Virus record (IMG/VR): IMGVR_UViG_3300037465_000389 | Span: 1 to 24,116 of that record | Origin: a virus | Taxonomy: Duplodnaviria > Caudoviricetes | Strand: one strand, 5' to 3' | Length of the DNA stretch: 24,116 nucleotides | Part shown: in pieces, positions 7,354-14,500 of the stretch | Position numbering within the stretch: position 1 is the stretch's first letter | How the letters are laid out: each line of letters opens with the position of its first letter | Notes under the pieces: generated by a model | Databases searched by the model: none | Told to the model about the DNA's origin: nothing | Seen by the model: only the letters and a program-made list of their open reading frames with translations | Position numbers and translations under genes: made by a program

Positions 7354-9848
7354 GCATCTACGTTAAGGGTGAAGGTCCCTATAATGCGAAAATCCTTCTT
7401 GTGGGGGAGGCTCCAGGATCGGAGGAGAACCGGCAAGGCCGACCCTTCGTGGGAGCTGCCGGCGAAGAGCTGAATGCCGAACTTGAAACCGCCGGGCTGC
7501 TTCGTTCGGAGTGCAGGACAACGAATGTATTTCGCTTTCAGCCGCCAGGAAACAATCTTGACAACTTCGTACTGGATAGCCTTGCTAAGGGTTCTGCCCG
7601 GGGGTGGATCTCCTACGAAGGGCGCTTCGTCAATCCAGTGGTGATGGGGCATATCGAAGATCTTTTCGCTGAAGTTCGCCAAACTAACCCTAATGTGATA
7701 GTCGCTCTTGGCGAGACCGCTATGTGGGCGCTCACTGGAAAGCGAAAGATAACTCAGTGGGCTGGAAGCGCACTTCCCACTCACCGCCTTGTCCGCCCAG
7801 ATGGACGCCCATACAAGGTGATACCAACCCTTCACCCGGCTGGTGTGCTTCGTCAGTGGTCTTGGCGTCCTCTCGTCGTCCACGATCTTCGTCGGGTGAA
7901 GCGAGAGAGCCAGTTTGCCCACATTAACCTAAAGGAGCGCGCCCATCTAATCCGTCCTTCCTTCGAGGACACAATGTCAATGTTAAGGGGTTTTCGTGAA
8001 GATACTCTCGAGCATCCGCTTCGCCTTGCAGTTGACATCGAGACTCGTGGCGGGCATATTGCTTGCATAGCGCTCGTCGCCGGATGGAAGTGGGGCATTT
8101 CGATACCCTTCATGTGTGTCGAGCGTCCAGAAGGCTACTGGACTCTCGAAGAAGAACAAGCCATTATTCTTGAGCTCCGGCGTCTTTTGACCGATCCAGA
8201 TGTTTTCGTGATAGGACACAATTTCCTTTACGACATGCAATACATAGCGAAGTGGTGGGGCTTTGCTCCGCACTGCGGCGCTGATACAATGCTCATGCAG
8301 CATGTCCTGTTCCCTGACCTTCGGAAGGCCCTTTTCTCCATAGCCCGCCTTTATGGCGAGGATTATGTCTATTGGAAGGACGACGGAAAGGAGTGGGAAA
8401 AGTCTCAAAACGAGGAGCAGCTTTGGGCCTACAACGCCGAGGATGGTGGCTGGACTATCGAGTGCTGGCGAAAGATGGTTGACCTCATTGTGACGGCGGG
8501 ACTCGAGCGACAGCTTGCATTCCAAATGGAGCTTTTCCACGAAGTCTTTAAGATGATGCTCAGGGGTGTAGCGCAGGACTCGACAAAGAAGCCTTTGATT
8601 TCGTCCGAGCTCAATAGCGAAATTGGAAAGCGCTTTGAGTTTCTCGAGCGCGTTCTCGGTCATCCCTTTAACCCGCGTTCGCCGAAGCAGATGAACGCCC
8701 TATTCTACAATGACTTTCGCTGCAAGCCCATAAAGAGTCCAAAGACTGGCGGGTTAACATTGGATGACGATGCGCTTGAGCTGGTAGCCCGGCGGGAGCC
8801 AGTCCTCGCGCCTATTGTCCGCGCAATTCTCGAGACAAGATCTTTGACAGTCTTTCGGTCAACATTCGTAGAGGCTCAAACCGATGTTGACGGTCGGATG
8901 CGTTGCTCCATCAACGTAACTGGAGCCAAGACTCTTCGCTTCTCTACAAGCCTTAACGCCTTTGGCACCGGCACAAACCTACAAAACCTTCCGAAGGGCA
9001 CAAAGATAGCACAACATGTAAAGGAGCTTGGACCGCAATCTATCTCGGAGCTCGAGAAGTGCGGCTTCAAATTAGCTGATATCGATGCTGAAGAGGATAG
9101 CGGGGCTATCCAGGTCGTTGGAAAGATAGTCTATCCACGCCTCGTTTTTCCAAATGTTAGATCTTTCTTCATCCCAGATCCCGACCACATCATTATGGAG
9201 TGGGATCTTGAAAGGGCCGATCTCCAGGTCGTCGTATGGGAGGCAGATGACAGCGTACTCAAGCAAATCTTGCGTGAGGGGGTCGATCTTCACGCCGAGA
9301 ACGCTAAGGTGCTGGGATGCTCGCGTCAGATGGCAAAGACATTTGTTCATGGTACGAACTATGGAGGGACAGCTCGTACTATGGCGAAGAATTGCGGTGT
9401 TCTTGTTCATCAGAGCGAACTTATGCAACGGAGGTGGTTCGGCGCGCATCCCGGTATCAAGACTTGGCACAGACGAACCGAGATGCAGCTCGCTACCAAC
9501 AGGACGATTACAAATAGATTTGGCTTCCGCATTACATTCTTCGATCGTATGGAGTCGCTTCTACCCAAGGCCCTCGCGTGGACACCGCAATCAACAGTTG
9601 CGCTCGCTATCAACATCGGACTCGTAGAAGTTGCAAAGCACCTTCCAGAAGTTGAGTTTCTCTTACAAGTTCATGACTCGCTTCTCTTGCAGGTCCACAA
9701 ATCCCACTTTCCCGCTATCATCCCCAGTATCCGCAAGCACATCCAAGTCACGATCCCGTATCCTGATCCTCTTGTGATCCCTACGAGCTGTTCTTGGAGT
9801 GACAGATCGTGGGGAGATGCAGAACCCTACAAAGCTTTGCATACTTAG
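7350..9848 (+). CDS. polA: Family A DNA polymerase with 3'-5' exonuclease and N-terminal family-4 uracil-DNA glycosylase-like domain
   Basis: UDG motifs GEAPGSEE, GRPFVGAAG, VALGETA, TLHPA. Exonuclease motifs DIET, HNFLYD, YNAED. Polymerase motifs NLQNLP, DLERAD (A), RQMAKTFVHGTNYG (B), QVHDS (C). Confidence 0.93.
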   Translation: MSIYVKGEGPYNAKILLVGEAPGSEENRQGRPFVGAAGEELNAELETAGLLRSECRTTNVFRFQPPGNNLDNFVLDSLAKGSARGWISYEGRFVNPVVMGHIEDLFAEVRQTNPNVIVALGETAMWALTGKRKITQWAGSALPTHRLVRPDGRPYKVIPTLHPAGVLRQWSWRPLVVHDLRRVKRESQFAHINLKERAHLIRPSFEDTMSMLRGFREDTLEHPLRLAVDIETRGGHIACIALVAGWKWGISIPFMCVERPEGYWTLEEEQAIILELRRLLTDPDVFVIGHNFLYDMQYIAKWWGFAPHCGADTMLMQHVLFPDLRKALFSIARLYGEDYVYWKDDGKEWEKSQNEEQLWAYNAEDGGWTIECWRKMVDLIVTAGLERQLAFQMELFHEVFKMMLRGVAQDSTKKPLISSELNSEIGKRFEFLERVLGHPFNPRSPKQMNALFYNDFRCKPIKSPKTGGLTLDDDALELVARREPVLAPIVRAILETRSLTVFRSTFVEAQTDVDGRMRCSINVTGAKTLRFSTSLNAFGTGTNLQNLPKGTKIAQHVKELGPQSISELEKCGFKLADIDAEEDSGAIQVVGKIVYPRLVFPNVRSFFIPDPDHIIMEWDLERADLQVVVWEADDSVLKQILREGVDLHAENAKVLGCSRQMAKTFVHGTNYGGTARTMAKNCGVLVHQSELMQRRWFGAHPGIKTWHRRTEMQLATNRTITNRFGFRITFFDRMESLLPKALAWTPQSTVALAINIGLVEVAKHLPEVEFLLQVHDSLLLQVHKSHFPAIIPSIRKHIQVTIPYPDPLVIPTSCSWSDRSWGDAEPYKALHT

Positions 9849-9878
9849 GGGGAATTATCCCTACCAATAATTACCCCC
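9848..9878. promoter_or_regulatory. AT-rich inverted repeat GGGGGAATTAT-N8-ATAATTACCCCC between polymerase and helicase (candidate operator/origin)
   Basis: The arms pair with a single bulge; it lies in the only non-coding gap between positions 4895 and 11513. Confidence 0.55.
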
Positions 9879-9903
9879 ATATATCGCGAGGGTTAGGGAC
9901 AAA

Positions 9904-11130
9904 GTGTCAGAGCGGCGTCTCAAAGACTGGCTTCACTCCTACCTCCATTACACCTCTTTCAGCGAGGCCCCGGACGTTTTTCACTTCTGGACCGGGGTGT
10001 CTACCATAGCTGGTGCCCTTCGTCGGAAAGTCTATATTGACCAAGAGTATTTTCGTTGGACACCAAACTTCTATATTATCTTCGTAGCCCCAAGCGGCGT
10101 CGCTACGAAGTCTACAACGATGTCGATTGGGATGAGCCTCCTTCGCGAAAACCCAGCGATCAAGTTCGGCCCTAATGTCATAACTTGGCAAGCGCTTATT
10201 ACAGCACTCGCAAATGCCCGCGAAGAAGTCGAGCTCGGCGAGCCGGGAAACTTCGAGGCTATGAGTTGCTTAACCTTTGCAGCCTCTGAGCTTGGCACAC
10301 TACTAGACCCCCACGACAGGGCTATGACTGACGTTTTGACCGATCTGTGGGACGGACGACAAGAAGCTTGGAGGAAAGTCACGAAGATGTCGGGCGACGA
10401 TACGATCGCCAACCCTTGGCTAAACATCATTGCTGGCACTACTCCCTCATGGATAAGTGAAAATATGCCCCGAAGCGTTATTGGCGGCGGCTTTACTTCG
10501 CGTTGTGTATTTGTTTACGCTGAGCGAAAAAGACGTCTTGTTGCCTACCCAAAGTTCGAAATCCAACGGCAAACAAAAAGCGATTTTGCTGCCGAACGAG
10601 CAGCCCTCCTACACGACCTGGAGATGATTGCCGCCTTGAAAGGGGAGTATCACCTGGCGCCGGAGGCCATAGAGCTTGGCGAGGAGTGGTACTCCCGCAT
10701 CAACGACCCCCAAGGCCGCGACGCCCACCTGTCACAATTCGATGGCTACCTTTCACGAAAACAGGGTCACGTCCATAAGCTTGCAATGGTGCTGGCCGCT
10801 TCGCGCCGTGATGAGCTTTTTATTGGCAGGCAGGACCTTCAAGATGCTATTACAATCACCGAAGCACTCGAGACCGACATGCCTAAAGTCTTCTCCCTCA
10901 TAGATGTGACACCTTCCCAGATGGTTGCGGAGCGACTCATTCGCTTCGTTGAGACCCGCGGCCCAGCTGGGGTGCCGAGGTCTACGGTAGCCAGAATGTT
11001 TTTCCGAACCCTCGGCGCACGCGAGATGGACGAGGCGCTCAACAGCGCTATTCGCGCCGGTTACATTAGGATCGAGGAGCGCACAAACGGTCAGCATCTT
11101 GTGTCAGCCAGGTCCTTCGGGGAACCTTGA
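9904..11130 (+). CDS. DUF3987/YfjI-like AAA+ helicase with C-terminal winged helix; no primase domain
   Basis: SEAPDVFHFW N-terminus, PNFYIIFVAPSGVATKST variant Walker A, AASEL variant Walker B, DLWDG, IIAGTTPSW, GGFTSRCVFV, HKLAMV; follows the polymerase. Confidence 0.75.
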   Translation: MSERRLKDWLHSYLHYTSFSEAPDVFHFWTGVSTIAGALRRKVYIDQEYFRWTPNFYIIFVAPSGVATKSTTMSIGMSLLRENPAIKFGPNVITWQALITALANAREEVELGEPGNFEAMSCLTFAASELGTLLDPHDRAMTDVLTDLWDGRQEAWRKVTKMSGDDTIANPWLNIIAGTTPSWISENMPRSVIGGGFTSRCVFVYAERKRRLVAYPKFEIQRQTKSDFAAERAALLHDLEMIAALKGEYHLAPEAIELGEEWYSRINDPQGRDAHLSQFDGYLSRKQGHVHKLAMVLAASRRDELFIGRQDLQDAITITEALETDMPKVFSLIDVTPSQMVAERLIRFVETRGPAGVPRSTVARMFFRTLGAREMDEALNSAIRAGYIRIEERTNGQHLVSARSFGEP

Positions 11131-11513
11131 TGTCTAGACGACGCTCCCCACTCCGCCACTTCTTTGTGCAGAGCGCTCACGCTTGCTGCGACTACGGCTT
11201 TCTGTGTCCCTACCTGGGATCCCCAGTTGTCGTGATAGCGAAGCGCCTGGGTATCGCGCCCTCGACGGCCTATGAGTGGTTCCGCTTGCTCCGAAACGGT
11301 GTAATAGCTTGCGAGGGACGTTGCCCCTCCCCGCCTGAGTCTCTTATTCTTCGTTCACCGGATAGGCGGCTCCGATCTCTCGGTAGAGGCCAAGAAGGCG
11401 TTTCGCCGACGGAAGACCAAGCTCCCGCAGGCGCTTGTTCTTCACCCGGGAGCGAAGCGAGGCAGCAAGATCATCTCCAGAAATCCGAAGGGGGGGAGGA
11501 ACCTGCCGATTAA
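11130..11513 (+). CDS. Small Cys-containing helix-turn-helix protein
   Basis: VVVIAKRLGIAPSTAYEWFR HTH pattern; TGATG coupling to the helicase; the 3' third overlaps the opposite-strand gene. Confidence 0.6.
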   Translation: MSRRRSPLRHFFVQSAHACCDYGFLCPYLGSPVVVIAKRLGIAPSTAYEWFRLLRNGVIACEGRCPSPPESLILRSPDRRLRSLGRGQEGVSPTEDQAPAGACSSPGSEARQQDHLQKSEGGEEPAD

Positions 11514-14500
11514 AGCGAGCAATTCCCTTTCTAACGTCACTCATCGCTTCGCGCTCGCCACTTGCCCTCGCAATTGCAAAGTCCGCTAGAAGACCCTCAC
11601 GCCAGGAAGTATAGAAAATCGCTGCCTCTCGTTGGGCTATTTGCCTCTCATAAACCTGCGAGATGCGTGTAGGCTGCATTGAGAGGAACTGACCTACGAT
11701 TTCGGCCATATCTTCGGGATCATTTGGATCAAACCTTACGAGCCGGTCGCCCCTAAAGTTCTGCGCCTCACCCTCATTCCAATAGCGGCTTGCCCGGATG
11801 ACCGATCGAATCCCAGCTGGAACAACCCTCTCGATACGCTGCATCAACGGTGTATCCGTCGCTGTGAGCCCCAGAAGAAGATCCGCGCCGACTCCGAAGG
11901 CTGCACCTCCGACGTCCGTTCCGAGACGTACTAGGAAGTCGTTGAGGTCGATACGAGCGCCAACAGCCCCGGCGGTCGCAGCTTTGAGGACCCCTTCCAT
12001 CCCCGGGACTATGCGACCAAGCCCCAAGCTTCCGGAGAAATCCAGTGCCGGTATCGGCACCCCGAGTCCTAGATCGAGCCCGGCAAGTCCGAAGGTCTCC
12101 CGACCAAGCCCGTGCATGAGGGAGTCTGGGTCCTCGCCGAGCTCCTGGAAGATCTCTCTAAGATCCTTCCTCACGTCGGAGTGCGGATTCCTAAGCCCGC
12201 CTGCGTACCCTATTGTCGTAGCGGCTGCATCGTAGAGATCAAGGAGATCATCCGCTCCGGGAAGCCCTTGGAGGCCGGCGAGTACAAGAAGCATTCCCAA
12301 ATAGCGCCACCGCCCGGGATCAGTAAGCGCAAAGAAAAGAGCATGCTGTAGGTAAGTCTTGAAGATAAAGAAGACAGCCTTCTTCCCCCGCGCGAGTTCC
12401 ATCCGGTTAAACTTGGCATACTCAAACTGAGTAGCCTGTACGGCCTCGCGTCCGTACTCAAAAAGGATATTCCGGCCAGTCTCGCTTTCGATAAGAGATG
12501 GGTCGTCCTGCAGCCGCAATCGTATAGCCGCGAGGTATGTGATACGTCGGTTGACGAGCTCTGCTGCAGCGAACGGGGCGACGCCGAAGCGGGTAATTTT
12601 CGCCATCACATGTCCAGGACCCGATACTGCGAGGTTTCGGGTAAGCAGGTTTCCCTTTGCTTGCGCTGCTACCTCTTGCGCGTAGCTTTCATTGAGAAAG
12701 CCGCCTTCATCGGCTTTCCGAATAAGCTCCCATTCCCACGCCTTGAGGGTCTCTGGCTTGCGAAGGGCTCGTGGCACATCCTTAATTGCTTGCGCTATGG
12801 CCGCAACCGCCCTTACGTCACCCTTTCCGATCCCGCCGTGACGTGCGGCAAGCCACGGATAGGTGAACATAGGGACCTGCGTGAGGTTAACAACTGCGGC
12901 CTTCACGTTCCCGAAGAAGAACCAGGTGAATACGAAGCCGCGTAAAGCCTCCAGCTCGTTACGCGGTGTCATCAGGAAGTCGTAGTGCCTATCGAGTGCC
13001 TGCCGGATCTCATCTCGCTTTGAGAGGTCAACATCAGTCGCATCAGTGGGTACCTCAAGTGTAACCGAGTCCACAGCTTCACGCATAGCTCGGAAATACT
13101 TCATCCGTGCTAGGTGGTTAGAGCCATGGAGGAAGTAGTTTGCAAACGCTCGCTCCGCCTCCTGTGCGAAGCCGGCAATCCCCTTTCGCTTAAGTAGGTG
13201 CTTGCGAAATGAAACGGACGGCGAGAGGCGTGTGAAGATTTCCGTAAGCTGGATACGTTGCTCTGGGGTGAGGCCGAGCTCGTTCTCCATCATCTCAACG
13301 ACGGCCGGAGGAAGACCCTGGAATACAAAAGTCTTCTCATCAGCAAGGGCTTTCGTGACCCTAAAGTCGCTAGAGGGAAACTCTCGCCTTATATCCGATA
13401 GACGAGCGTCAGCAAGTCGCGATTTTTCATAAGTCTCGAAATTAACAAGGGATCCCTTCCTAAACTCCTTTCCGTTCCACACAAGGTCCTTTGTAGCCCG
13501 GACCGAGATAGTCCACCTGCCGAAGCGAGCAAGGGGAAAGTAATTCCTATTCCGCAGTCTTGAGAAATCGTCATCGAGGGCTTTCTTAATGGCTAGAAAC
13601 TCCGGAGAATTCAAACGGCCCGCCCAAATCCTTTGGATATCTTCAAGCGCGATACTATACATCTCCTCAAGAAAATCGCGAAACGTCTTGTCAATAGAGA
13701 GGAAAAGCTCTTGCATATGAAGATCGAGCGCATAACGACCAGCAATCTCTCGAACCTCATCGAGAGAGAGTCTGCGCGCCAATTCTTCGCTCCGGAGAGT
13801 AAGTTCGAAGAGGAAACGCCCCAAACGATCGCTTCGCCCACGCCCGAGCTTTCGCCACTGCGTAAGCACCTCGTCCGCCCGACTTGTGAACTTTGACTTA
13901 TACGCCCACCAGTCCTGTGTAAGGCTTACGTATTCTTGAAGACCAGGGATATGCGGGTTTAGCCTGGCAAGCTGAAGTATTGTCGTAACGTAACGAATAA
14001 GCCAGCCGAACTTGTCCCGGGCGTCGTGAATTGGTCGCCAATCTTCTGGCGACTGCTGAGCCAGGCGTTGGAACCCATTCACTGAGTCGCTAGATGACGT
14101 CATCCACGGCTCCGGCAGGAAGTTCAAAGCGTCCTCAAAGTATGAGGCTTCCTGAAGGAGGATGTCGATCCACTCTTCGAAGCTCTCGCGGGGTTTCCAG
14201 AGTTCGTGAAGGACCGTCGAGAAGAATTTCTCAAGGTCCGTTATGACCCTACTTAGAAACCTCCCAAGTTTGCTCTTTTGGCCCGCCGACGCGTAAAGTT
14301 TCTTAGCCATATAACGAGCAAATTGCTGAGCCATGAACTCATTAAACGAGAGGGTATACTCGTACCAGTGAGGATCCTGACCAGGACGGATCTCGAACGG
14401 AACGAAGGGAGCGCTCGCCCTCGTTGTGAGCGACCTTATGCGCTCAGCGCCTTCCTTGAACCAACGATAGTATTCCGTTCGAATGGCGGTGGATACCCGC

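Noticed and set aside
9003-9140. Intein or intron in the polymerase
   Set aside because: The insert is short and in frame, with no C/S start, HN-C/S/T end or homing endonuclease motifs.
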